The notes under the pieces: generated by a model
Told to the model about the DNA's origin: nothing
Databases searched by the model: none
What the model saw: only the letters and a program-made list of their open reading frames with translations
Made by a program: the position numbers and the translations under genes
Shown: one piece after another, positions 22,998 through 35,711 of the stretch
How the letters are laid out: every line of letters begins with the position of its first letter
Numbering within the stretch: position 1 is the first letter of the stretch
NCBI GenBank assembly: GCA_004431415.1
Contig: QPMI01000470.1
Span: 62,001 to 126,000 of the forward strand
Direction: 5' to 3'
Source: Cyanophora paradoxa CCMP329
Lineage: Eukaryota > Plantae > Glaucophyta
Length of the DNA: 64,000 nt

Positions 22998-23944
22998 TCA
23001 GTGCATGGGCGGGCGTGGTACGGGCGGTGGTGGAGGCCTTCGGGGTGACCGCTCCCTCATCCGCGCGGTGCGCTCCCTTATTAGATTAGATGAGCGGACT
23101 GAGACTTATTATTAGACCGAGACTAGTAGACTTGGACTTATATTAGTAGGCTTTGATTGGCATCAGATTATTAGAAATCCTAACTTCTTCTTCTAGAGGC
23201 CTTCGGAGGCCGCCGCTCAGCGGCTTCCTACTAGGCTAATCCGCGCTGTTCGCGCCCCGCCTCCGCCCCCCGCGCCGGCCCCGGCCCGGGCCCCCATCCG
23301 ATGGCCCCATGGGCCGCCGCGCATATTAGCAATCCCCCATCTCGACCCCGCGGCCGCGCCTGACGTATAACACCTAGCCCTAGAGTAAGAACCAGAATTC
23401 GAAGACCTCAGCCCTATATTATGAGCTGCAGCTGGACAGGTCTCGGAATAGGTCTTATGCCCGGTATTATTGGCTCTTAGTACGGGGGCGGCAGGTGGAC
23501 CGGTACCTGCCACAGTACGTACACGTGCACTGGTGTACGTCTGCTATAGCTAGCTAGCCATAACGGTAGCCGCTGGCACCGCTGCTAGCCAGATGCCCCA
23601 GGGCCCCGGGGCCAGTGCTCGGTCAAGCCGGGAATCATGAGTTATGTCCGATCTAGACTTACTTATTCATGCCTCGAGAACTTTCGTGGAGTCGCCGGAA
23701 TTTTGAAACTTCGGCTTGCATGAATAGAGCTCGCGATATCGATATCGATCGCGAGCCAATCGTTATTTTAATTTAATTGTGCTCTAATTAAAAAATATAT
23801 ACTTCGAGCTTCGAATTCTTAATTATAATTAATATTCTATTCACGATTCTTCGCTTCGAAGCTCTTAAACGGTATCTACAGACTGCTCTCTCTGCGTGGG
23901 AGTCGACTGAGCGGCGCAAGAATAAGTCGGCTTACTGGTCTGCC

Positions 23945-26900
23945 ATGAAACGTCTCGAACGTCTCATCACCGCCTATTCGCAGGGCGAGATCTTACGGGA
24001 CAGTTTCTTGAGTGGCCGCTCTGCTCTTTATAGAGAGCTGCGGGAGCGCATGCCTCAAGTGTGTAGGGCTGCCGTTCAAGCTGACTCGCTATTCTCAAGT
24101 CAGAACGAGGCCACATCGAGGCGGGAGTTTTTCACTCATTATTTCGGAACTGCTGAGCAGGAGACCGGATGTGAGAATAAACTCCGGCCGGCCAACACCC
24201 CGGATCCCTCTTATGCTTCTGATAATCCCTTTGTGCTTATGACGTTGTCGGCAGCTCATTTCGCTGATTTATACGATGGTCAGCAAGCTCAAAGTGTGGT
24301 GGCGGCGCATCGTGATGAACGGGCTGAATGTGCGTCACTGTATGCGCCTTATAAACTCATTCCGCGGGAGGCCGTGGATCTCGATACCCCACTGGCCGCC
24401 TATGAATTGTTGCAATCGTTTAAGGATATATCTGGGCTTAGAAAATCCCCTGGACTTGATGGTTTAGTACCTGAATTTTATAGTACTTTCTGGGGCGACA
24501 TTGGTCCAGATTTTATGGAGTACCTTAAGGCTATGCATAATCGGAAGGCGGCCCTGGCTCGCTACGAGATATCCTCATTGTCCCAATTCCGAAACCTGGT
24601 ACGGATGCGACTTTGGTCACTAACCGTCGGCCTATCGCTCTATCGAATGTAGAGGAGCGAGCAGTCGAGCGGGCATTATCTAACCGCTTGACCCCTATCA
24701 TGCCCCGCTTAATATCAAAATATCAGTCGGGTTTTATCACCAAACGTTCTGCGGTGCATCAATTTATGCTCGTATATTTATTGATGTATTATGAGGGGAT
24801 AATCCCGATCTCGAGGAACTTTGTTTGGGGTTCCTTGATTTCTCCAAAGCCTATGATCGGGTGAATTGGGAGTTTCTTTTCTGGACCTTGAATCAATATG
24901 GATTTGGGTCATACTTTACTGACTGGGTCCGTCTTTTGTATTCTGATCTGTCGGGGATGATCCATATTAATGGCTGGACAACGCCTCGGTTTCCCATCCG
25001 GTGCGGAGTCCGGCAGGGTGGTCCTCTATCGCCATATCTATATAATTTGTGTGCGCATCTATTAATCATGTTAATCGATACTGAACCCCGTATACGCGGG
25101 GTGCAAATTTCTGGGCGGTCCATATGCAAGGTCCTCCAGTTTGCTGATGATACTGTTCCCCTTATTGCCTCCTTTGCGGAATTCCCCATTTGGGACGCTC
25201 TCATTAAGAAATTTCAACGGTTAACAGGGGCGAAAATTAATCTCGAAAAATCGCATATACTACCCATGCACTCAAATTTATCTCTTCCACCTGATTGTCC
25301 TTTTGAGCGTATGAAGGTTGATCCTTCTGAGATTTCCGCAGATGCCAAGATCGCCAAATATCTCGGGTTCCCTCTGGAGCTAGTGCATGACCGGTTTTGG
25401 AATAAAAAGACTGCTGCTCTCGTTCTGCGCGCACAGTCAGTTAACCGGAATCGGATGCCTCTACGCTCTGGTGTTTTACTTGCGTGGGCTGCTATTGTGG
25501 GATCACTACATTATCCGCTGTATATTTTAGAACCGGGAGGTGATCGTTATAAAGCTTGGAGTAATTTAATCCGCAACTTTTCGGGTGTACGCGGCTCCGT
25601 ATCTACATATGTTACGGCGCTTCCGTTTAAAGACGGTGGATTAAATTGCCCAGATATTGTTACGTTTTCGCTGGCTTTAAAATCTAAATGGCTTGCCTTC
25701 CTTAACGACCCGGCCTGTTCAGCTCCTTGGAAGGAATATATTCAATACCAAATAGACCGTCAGTTGGCTCCATTCTCTTATGCTAATGTCATTTTGGGGC
25801 TTGATGTGTCTGCCATCTTGCCAAGATTGCATTTGCCACCGCTTTGGCAGATGCTGTTTGAGGCGTGGCGAGATCGTCAAGCCGTTGCATCTCCTACAAC
25901 CGTGCATCAAATTTTGACCCAGCCTATTTTTCTTAATCCTTTATATGTTCTTCCTAGTGACATTGCAGCACAGACACATACTGAGTTTGCGAGAGCCGGT
26001 GTACAGCGCGTCGCTGACATTTGGGATGTACAGTTGCACCGATTTCGTGCTCCCCTGCAATGCTAGTTGATTATACTGCTGCCTTTGATCAAATTTGTCG
26101 TGCCCTGCCATCCAGTTGGCTTACAACGCTTACTGCTAATGCCGTACCGGAACGTTTCTTATGGTATAAATCGAAAGATGATAAATATGTGTATCTGAGG
26201 GGTCCCTCGGCTTTTTTGTGGCCTTCCCTCTTTTTGAAGGTGAGATTGTCCCACGGGTGTTGGATTTCGTCCCGTGGCCCCGTGGCCGCCCTCCAGATCC
26301 GCTCTTGTACCCTGGCGTACCAGCTGGCCTCTTGCCGCTTCATGTGCTCTCCTCCCAGTATTTTATTTCTTTGCGCAGAGGTTCGCGTCCAATTCTGGTT
26401 TCGCTTGGCACGGGTTCGACAGCTACGCTTTCCTACAGCAATTTTGCTTTCACATTCGATAAGATGCTCACGCTTCAGGGCTTTTCTGTTCGGCGCTTTT
26501 ACCAGCTCGAGGTACAGCGACTGTGGCGGGTGCGGAGTAGGGCTAAGATGCCTTCAGAACACTGGGGTCTGGATCTCCCTCTTAATCGCGTGTCTCAGCT
26601 CGTCGCCCTTCGTGCCTTTCCTATGCTGTGGCTCGATGTCCTCTTCCGTCTCCGATATAAGGCTTTCCCATCTTTACAACGGCCGCCGGTCGCGGCTATT
26701 TTCTGCCGCGCTTGTAATGATGGGCAGCATCGTTCAGTGCGGCACGTTTTCTTTGATTGCCCTGTGGTGCAGGGTTTTTGGCGGGCCATGCATGCTGAGC
26801 TCACATCCTTAGCAGAGGCTTTGCCCGAGGACGTGCAGCCCTCTTTACCATTGCCTCCTATTACGTTCTCCGCTATTCTAGATCCACAAGTTCCGGTGTT

Positions 26901-27353
26901 GCGGGGACATTGATCACATCTTCTGTGGATGCCGATTTCTGTGTTCGGTATCTCGGTTATATTTTGGCGGGCATTTACGCAATTTTTCAGCTGTCCCGTG
27001 CATATCTCTCACCCGATAATTTACTTGCTGAGCGGGTACCAGTGTACTCCGTTAATGCTCTGCTAAACCTGTGGAAACGTTTTCTGGATATTCTCGAGAT
27101 TACGTTGCCTCCTGCTGTCGAGCGCATTGAGCTTCTTCGTTTACGGCATTTAGGGGAGGGCTCTGATTACGATGGTTCAAACCCTGAGTCACGTGACCGC
27201 CCTAGCCCCCCTCAATCTATTTTTGATGCGAGCTTCTTTCTGTGCGCGGAGCTATCCCTCTACAGCGCTCGGGCCCCCCAGCAGTCGCGGTCCCGGGCCC
27301 CCCTGCAGTCGCTACCCCTAGGCCTGCTGCTACAGTTAATGGCGTCGGCGTGA
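23945..27353 (+). pseudogene. LINE ORF2 reverse transcriptase plus zf-RVT, frameshifted; endonuclease domain lost by 5' truncation
   Basis: KSPGLDGLVPEFY, NRRPIALSN, QSGF, LDFSKAYDRVNW, GVRQGGPLSPYLY, QFADD, GAKINLEKS, KYLG, GGLN and CRAC...HVFFDCP, spread over at least 5 frame-broken ORFs. Confidence 0.92.
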
Positions 27354-28934
27354 ATCCTCAAGTTCAGCACATTGCGAGGCCATCTGCTAGCGCTGATACA
27401 GCTTCGGTCCCGGCTCCCTCGAGTTCTCGTTTGAGCTCGTCTGCCGATGCTAGCGCTAGCGCCGCTTCTGCCTCCACATTAATATGCCCTATTTGTGGAA
27501 GAACTTTCAGTCTTCTGCTGATCGTGACCGTCATGTTCGGGCTGATAAACATCCTGCTAATGCCCGTGGCGTTCGCCGACCTCGAACCCCCTCTAGTTCA
27601 GAGAATCCTCCAGATCCTGTGCCTCCTGCCCAGCGCCCCCGCCTCCAGTCTCCGGATCCGGCACCCCCAGTGCTTGCTCCAGCTCCTGCAGCTGCGGCTA
27701 CATATGCCGAGCCCCGTCAGCCTGTTCCGACTTTGCGACGGATTCGCTCCCCTGCACCCTCACCGTCGCCACCTGCTCAGCGGCTCCGTACTTCCCTGCC
27801 CCCCCTAGTCCTTCTCTGATACCTTCCGTTTCACGAATCCGCCGCCCCGGTCTCCGTCGAATTCAACCTTGCCTCCCGATGCCGATCCGTCCCCTGTCCA
27901 TGTGTCTCGGCGCCTGCGGCTTTCCTCTCCTGTACCTTCGGCTTCCCCTCTGGCTGTCCCGCCAGATCCACCTCGCCCGCCGGTTCCTGCATGGCCCCTT
28001 TGATTCATGATAGTCTTGTATCAATCTTCGCTTCACCTCAACTTAGTTTACCCTCAGTTGTTTTGCCGTCACCTCCATCAGATGCTTCATCGATGTTAGT
28101 TAGGAGCACTGGCCCCTCCACCTTCCAGTTCCTCGTGTATTCCATGCCTTCCCTGTACCTTTGATTCCGTTCCCTTTGTCGTTAGCTCTGCCTCTTCCTC
28201 CTCCATCTCTCACTGTTAGCCCTCAGGCAGTTCCGCCTCTTTATCTTCAGCGACCGTCAGACCGTATAGTTTTTGGCAGCGAGTATTTTGTGTATGGTGA
28301 CGTTCCTCGTGTGTACCCTTCTCTCTCTTCTCCTTCGCTATATTTGCCTCTCCCGCCTGGTTCAGCCCCATCGTCTGCCTTCCCTGTCACTACTGGCTTG
28401 CGTTTCGCCCCTCCTCTTATACTGCCGATTCCGAGTCTGCACCCGAGCTCTGCCCCTTTCCTCGTGTCGTCCCCAGTTCCTCAGATTAGTCTTCAGCCGT
28501 CCATTGTTTTACCAACTCTACAATCTCGATTCCGTTTAGACACTCCGCCAGCTTCGACTTTCCCCTCTAGTGGTGTCCTACGTTTCGCCTCTCCTACTGT
28601 TCTACCGCCTTTGCCTCCTGCGACTACGTCTTCTAGTTCTGCTGTTAGCTCTGTCTTGTCGTCTTCGTCTAGATCTTCGTCTTCGACTGTAGTTCCTCGT
28701 GCTCGTTCTCCTTATTTGCTGCGTCCCCGTGCTCCTCGTCGTTCTAGTGTGACTAGTACTTCTGCATCGACGCCCTTGAGCTCTTCTACTCCTTCTCCTC
28801 GTGCTCGTTCTCCTTATCTTTTGCGTTCTTCTGATCGTGTCCCTTCTCGTGATCCCTCTTGATTCTGTATATATTTTGTGCTAGTTTACTGTATCTTTGA
28901 TTTGTGATTGCTTTGTTGTCTTTAATATCACTAC

Positions 28935-28959
28935 CTACGGGGGGTTCGCCCCACCGTAG
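28935..28959 (+). promoter_or_regulatory. LINE 3'-terminal stem-loop
   Basis: ctacgg-gggg-TTCG-cccc-a-ccgtag forms a 10-bp stem with one bulge, 6 nt before the polyA. Confidence 0.7.
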
Positions 28960-29917
28960 TCTCTCAAAAAAAATATTCACGATCGAATACGTATACGCAA
29001 ATTAACGTGCATACGAATTTGATCGACAGAGCTAGATCGGTGGTCATGCAGGCCAGCTGCTAGCTCAGCCTAGCTGCAGCTACCAGTGCCAAGTTGAAAA
29101 CACTGCCAACCATGGCCACTGCAGATTGAATTCGAATCCTTCAAAGGATAATTTTACAAATGGTAATAATAGAGAGAGTAATATATAATAGTAGAGAGAG
29201 GCAAATGCAAGCTGCAGCTCCCATATTCATACAATTCATGATCACTTGCGCTTGCACGAAGCTGCACCTGAAGTTGCAACTTGCAAGCCTGGAAGGCACT
29301 GCGGCAGTGGCAGCTGCCAGTGCAGCCTGCCAGTGGCACCAGTGCTGCCAGTGCGCATGCCCGCCACAGGCTGCCAGGCTGTACCGGTAGCCTGTACATG
29401 CCGTAGCCTGTAGGTGTTGTGCCACGGTGCATGCCGCAGTGCCGCAGCTAGTGCGCACGCTAACACTGTGACAGTGCGGCTCGCAAAAGCGCTTGAAAGC
29501 TGCAGCTGAGCTGCAAAAGGTCCATGATTACTAGTAGACGCTGAGCATAGAGCTGAGCGCAGCAAGACTCTTGATCTGAGCCTTGGGGAGTGCCGCAGTG
29601 CGCGTGCAATCGGACATTTTCGGGTTCGAATTCGGCCGCCGAACCAGCCGCTGAGCGGACATTTTCACTTGCTAGCAGCTGCCGCGTGCGCACCTTAGAA
29701 AACGCTTTCGTGCGCGTACCGTGCGAGTACCGACAGGCCTACGCCAGCGCCTGTGCACGTGCTTTCGTGCGCGTACTACGGTATCAGCATATATATGCAT
29801 ATGGTCATGATCAGCAGCTTTCGTGCGCGTCCCAGCAGGCAAATATTAATGCGTCAATCCCATCCGCGCCATGCTGTAGACAGCGCAAGCGCTAGTGCTA
29901 GCGCTATAGCTAGCTGC

Positions 29918-32900
29918 ATGCGCAGTCTGTGGTCTGTTCACGGCAATGGGCTTGTCGACCTCGCAAGCATTATGCTGAGCATCGTGCTGATCATGGCCAG
30001 CTTTCCCCAAGCCGCAGCGATTACCATGTCCCCCGCGTCGTCTTCGGAGTGCACCCTCGGCAAGCAGTGCACAGTGGCTTGGACCGGTTCATCGACCGCG
30101 GTGGCTTATCTGTACCTATGCCCGAAGTCGTATCTCGATGGATATACAAATGCAGCTGTGGCTTGCAATTCGGTGAGTAACCATCGAATGTTCTTGCATA
30201 TGCATATGCATTAAACTCGAGCTCCATCTGTGCATGCCTGCGTTTCCAGCCGGCCTAACGCAGCGAGCATGCATATGCAGATTACTAGTACTCCTAGTAC
30301 TCCTCGTACAGATCAACGCCAGCCAAGCCCTTACACGTTTACGTTGCATGAGGCTCATCTGAACGTCCCTTCGTCTCTCAACTGCAATCGTACCGCCAGC
30401 GTGTGCGCATCACATGCATATGTGCATTTGTAAAGACACGTACACCGCACAATGTTTGACGGCCTCGAGCTCCAGATGCAATTTGTACTGGTTGGCGGCA
30501 TCATCTTTTCCGAAGATGTACCAAGGACCCAGCTCAGATGTCGGCACGTTCGCCGTGAATGTCCAAATGCCTCCTCCATTTTCTATCCTTCCTTCAACCC
30601 CCTCTGCATGCGTGATTGGTTTCCCGTGCACAATATACTGGGAAGGCGGCCCCGTAAACGCTTCGGTCGACATCTGGATCCGAACTACAGGCAACTATAT
30701 GTCGATTACCTACGATCCTGTTCGCGACTCCGGGTATTTGAAGGTATGCGTACATGCATCGTACGCGTCGCTATAGCTCAAGCTTACATTACATTCATGA
30801 TCAAGGATTTCATATGCATGATCGTTTCGTATATTGTAGTACTCGAGCATACATTCATGATCTTATAATTATGCACGATTATAACGTATACGTAATTATA
30901 TGTTGGTCCCCAAATAACGCTTGGTCCCGCGGCCGGGTCTGACGCAGATGGCGAGCTCAGTGCAAGCTCCGGATCCAATGAAGAGCGGCCCCTACAGCTA
31001 CACGATCTATCCTCCCTCGAGAATCTGGGATGATGATATCTTGTGCAAAGCTACCAAAGTGGAAGACACCGACGGAGGGACGGTTGAGCGGTGCATAGTT
31101 TTTGAAACGACGTCGACTTTCCTATGTCTATAGATCTAGATCTAGATCTCGATCTGGTTTCCCACCCGACACTTTCACAGCTGCGAGGTCTACCTTGGGG
31201 TCACGTTTCCTGGCGATTACAACTTCGTCCTTTCCCCCGGGGACTCGAAAAAGCTCTGGCTGCATTATCCTCCAGAAATCACTATCAGCGGCTCAGAGCG
31301 CTGCGTGGTCGGCGATGCGTGCAGCATATCTTTCACAGGAGCAAAATCCGCCGATATTTCTCTTTGCTCTACAAAACCAGGCCTAGCTATAGGCTGTTTG
31401 CGACTCGCGAATGCCAAGACCGGCGGATCTATCACGCGGACAATAACTAACGATGAATTTGAGACCCTGTGCAACGATAGAACAAGCGAGTCCTTCTCGT
31501 GCGTATAACATGTCAAGATGAATATCGACTGTGCTGGACTCTAATCGATACATGCAGCTGTTATCTAACGTGGGAGGTATACCCCGAAGGCGTCACAGAC
31601 AAAGCCGCCCGAGGTTCGAAGTCGATCTCCCTTTATAAACCAGTCGCGATGAATTCCTCCACTTCTTCGGAATGTACCCTGTGGTCGTCCAATACCTGCC
31701 AGGTGGCATGGACATCGGTCCACGCCGTGACCATATACCTGTGCAGCTCGACGACATACGACGACTCTTCCTGCAAGCAAGTGAGCCACGTTTCTTGTTC
31801 GATTCTTAAATCGATGCGGCGCATGCGCATCGCGTTCGGAGATGACGAGCTCCGTTGCAGCTTGCAAGCCAATCCAAGCAATCCGACGGCCCGCTCACGT
31901 TCGACGTCTCGAAACTACTTGAAGACTTTGAAGAGGTCTGTGATGTAGGAAGTTCAAGCACCTCGAGGTTCGAGCTAGCGTGCTCTGGACCCGAATTCAA
32001 AATTGAATTGCGCGTGCATTTGAATAATGCGTGCAACAGGTGCACGATGCAGTGGATAATCGTACCTACAGCGCTCGCATCCGATTTCAGGGCCGGCAAA
32101 GGATCGGGTGCGGCCAAAGCCATGAAGGCTTCGGCGACGAGCCCCTTGTCGATCTCAGTTCTTTCTATGCTCGCAACCTCGTCCACAAAGTGCAAAGCAA
32201 ACGAGGGTGGTTGCACTGTGGCGTGGACGGGCCATCCCAGCGTCGACATCGCGCTCTGCAACTCAATTGAGATGTACCAACCGACGTGCATTGATGTGAG
32301 TGCTAGTTGATTCGCTGGTGATCGATATCGTGGTTATTTCGATTTCTCGTTAAACTGAAGTCCTTGTACCGCGCCCATAGGTTGCGAAGGATGCTTCACC
32401 ATCTACCAGCCCCAAGGCAGTCAAGTTCACAGTTGGGCAGCTTTCAACCGTTTGTGGTAGATCAAAGCCTTCTGGTTGCTCCGCGTACTGGAGGGTCTCC
32501 CCTTCTTCGGGACATGTAAAAGCTTCGGACATGCAAGATTACTATCTAGACATATCCAAAAGACGCTCTGCAATAGTTGAGGTGCAGATGCCACAAAGGG
32601 GACTCATACAGAGCGACTCCAGCACCAGCACTTCTTGCGATGTCGACTCTCCCTGTTCGATAGCGTGGAGTAACATGCAAGCTGCAGCCGACATTTATAT
32701 CTGCCCGGGGACCACATTCGAGAGCGACTTCTGTGCGCAGGTCTGAGCAGTTCTTGCCCCATCTATAATTATATAAACAATTGCAAATCCAATATATTTA
32801 CGCGTCTACATTTACGTACGCTTACATGCTAGGTCGCTTCGGAGGTGCCCGTCTCAAGCAGCCCATACTCCGTAACGCCCACGACGGCGCATTATTTAAA

Positions 32901-34867
32901 GATCTCCAAGAAGACAGAAGGGTCCGCGCGCGTGAACTCGAACTCGAACTCAAAGAAGAAGTTAGGAATAATCCTCTAATTGTCGTAGTCGCTGATTGCA
33001 CTCACTAGGCCAGCTGCCGGTTCTGTGAAGGGTTACTGGATGGTATTCGAGCATGGCAAGGCCGAGCGTCGAGCTCGAGCACTCGGAAGATCAAGGCAAT
33101 TACAGGCAGAAGTCTGGCAGGAGGTCGTGTTATCTGCCAAGGCGATCACAATCACAGGCTCGGCGGCTATCTGTCGCAGCGGCTCGCCGGGGTGCACGAT
33201 ATCCTGGACAGGCCGCTCGGCCGTCGATGTGTTTTTCTGCAAGGACACGACGTTCTCCAAGCAAAAGTGCTTATCGGTGCGCGTACGCAGGCGCTTAAGC
33301 TTGCGCGAGTCTTTAACTTCGCGCATTAATAGAGTTTAATTTCAGATGACAACAAACCTACGTATGCAGTCGGGAAGCGCCACATTCAGCCCAGCTGTGA
33401 CGACATGCACATTCATAAACCCTTCGGATTCACTTTCGTGCGCAAATTGGAACGCCTGAATTGAATTTTAGAGCTGCTACGTTGATTGTCTCAGCGGCCG
33501 GTTAACGTTGACGTTGAGCCCTATAGCTAATTATAATTATGTAACGTTCAGAACCTGCTCCGGATTCTGGGTTCTGCGGCCTGCTCCGAGAGAACTCCTT
33601 CCCGAGTCAGACGTCTCGGCGGACGCCAGCGCCCCCGGGAAGGTGGCGCCTCCGTGCTATACAAGCCAGTGCACGGAATTGCCGAGCGGGCCGGGCACTT
33701 CGACGTCGACCTCGACTCCAAACGATGATTGTGCGCCAATTGTATAATATAGATGAAAGGCCCTGTAGCTGTAGCCGATCATGAGACTGTAACAGCATTT
33801 CTGACTAAAGCCTGTTGCGCGCAGCTTCGGATCAGATCGTTTCCGCTGTGGTCATCATTCTGCCAGTTGCCGCTGTCGCTGTCGTGGGCGCCACTGCGGC
33901 AAATAGCGTTCGGCGGAGATCCGGGCCAGCCCGCAGCCGATCGCTGGTGTCTGCAGCGGCAGCTTTCGCGTCGCTTCAGACGCTCTGCATGATTATCGCG
34001 CTTGCGATGCCTTACTGGCTGGGGCGCGGCGAGGACACTGGCTACATAGGCCTACAGAAGCTGCGCATCCCCGTCCTTGGAGTCATGAGGACCATCGACT
34101 GGGGCGATTTTTGCGAATTGTTTCGCATTCTTGGCATAGATGCTGCCTGCGCATTGAAGGACTCGTACAAGGCCGTCATCGCGTTCGGAGCCATCGCTGT
34201 CGTTCTTTCCAGCCTGTGTGTAGCCGCCGCGGCCTTGTACCACTACAACTCGCAGAGGAGTGGAGGCAGCGGCGCTAGCAGCAGCCTCCTCCGGATCGCG
34301 ATGGCGGCTCTGGCGCTGTCCGTCCTGGCCCTGCTCAGCCTGGTCCTGTGCCTCGGCATTTTCGTCGGGGCTTCTCTGAAACACTCGCCCGCATTGAGCG
34401 GGGGCGACGCCAACGCCACCGCTGATCTGACGAAGTCGCCGCTGGGTGCCTCATTCGGCCTCCTCCTCGCTTCCCTCAGCTGCGCGCTCGCATCAACTGG
34501 CAGCGCGGGAGCTTTGTACACCATGGCCAAGGCTGCCAGCGGAAGCCTCGATGCAGGCCCCAAGCCGCAGCTGCAACCGGCCATTCTGTTCATGCCCCCT
34601 GGCCCGATCGCGAATCAAGCGCCCATCGCAATTGCAAGACCCGAACAGCTGCAGCCTCATCATTACATGCACCAGACAGCTCCTCACATGTACCAGCAGC
34701 AGACAGCTCCCCACATGTACCAGGCGGCTCCCCACGCACATGCATATGGCCAACACGTGCAGCAATTGCAAGTGCAGGGAGCGCAGCAGACACAGAGTCT
34801 CGCCGCCCCCAACGTTGCCACAGGTCCGGAGGCGGTAAGCGTTAGCGTTATTCTAACACCTACATGA
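29918..34867 (+). CDS. Multi-exon membrane protein: signal peptide, 7 Cys-rich Ig-like repeats, one TM helix, claudin/PMP22-like 4-TM domain and Gln/Pro-rich tail
   Basis: Repeats C-x4/6-C-x-[VI]-x-W...[VA]-x-I-x-[LI]-C at ~30050, 30607, 31300, 31672, 32190, 32635 and 33170. Final exon (33826-34867) has 5 hydrophobic helices and W..G..GL...C...C in the first loop. A single-gene model is inferred. Confidence 0.6.
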
Positions 34868-35166
34868 TTCAATTTTGCAGCTCTGGATCTCACCATGCAG
34901 TCGACGCCCAGGTCGCCGTTCAGATCGCAACATATTAGCTGCTCCCAGCTGCCGCAAAACCCAGCTGCCAATCCCCGCTCCCGACGTCGACCGCGAAACC
35001 CCCCCCCCCCCCCCCCCCCCCCCCCCAAAATTAATCTTATAAATTATAAATGCTTATTCATTACTTGCTGTAAGCGGATGGTACTACTGGTAGTATAGCA
35101 TCAATTTGATATCCATTTGCATGCCCAGCCTGAGCGATATCGTGAGCTTCTTGGTCTCCGTGAATC

Positions 35167-35640
35167 GAACGCCTTATGTATATAAGCTTTAATTTGCCAC
35201 TGGCCATGGCCGGCGGAGGGGCGGGGGCCCAGGGGGCGGGCGCCTCGAGCTCGCGATCGATATCGTCCATCCTCTAGAGCTCCAGAAGGCCCGAGGGAAG
35301 CCAACAAACCGAACGACTGATTGATTCATAATGTAAATATGTTATTAGTGTATACGTATAATTCGCGACGGATTCGAATTCGAAGAACCCGTCCGGCACA
35401 CACAAGAACGCCTTATATATATAAGCTTTAATTTGCCACTGGCCATGGCTGGCGGAGGGGCGCCGCGTGGGCCCAGCTGCAGGGGGAGGGCGCCTCGAGC
35501 TCACGATCGACCATCCTCTCGAGCTCCAGAAGCTTAAGGCCCGAGGGAGCCAACAAACCGAACGACTGATTCATAATGTAAATATGTTATTAGTGTATAA
35601 TTCGCGACGGATTCGAATTCGAAGAACCCGTCCGGCACAT
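35167..35640. repeat. ~240-bp tandem duplication (2 copies)
   Basis: gaacgccttat.tatataagctttaatttgccactggccatggc...gattcgaattcgaagaacccgtccggcaca at 35167-35400 and 35406-35639. Confidence 0.9.
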
Positions 35641-35711
35641 TCACTTCAGTCGCGGGGCCGGCGGGTTCGTTGGGCGAGGGGGCGGGGGGTACGGGAAGCC
35701 CCGACGGGGGC

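Larger units (their letters stand above)
23848..28973 (+). mobile_element. 5'-truncated non-LTR retrotransposon (L1/Tx1-like)
   Basis: 10-bp TSD tattcacgat at 23838-23847 and 28974-28983; A8 tail at 28966-28973; RT and zf-RVT motifs inside. Confidence 0.92.
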
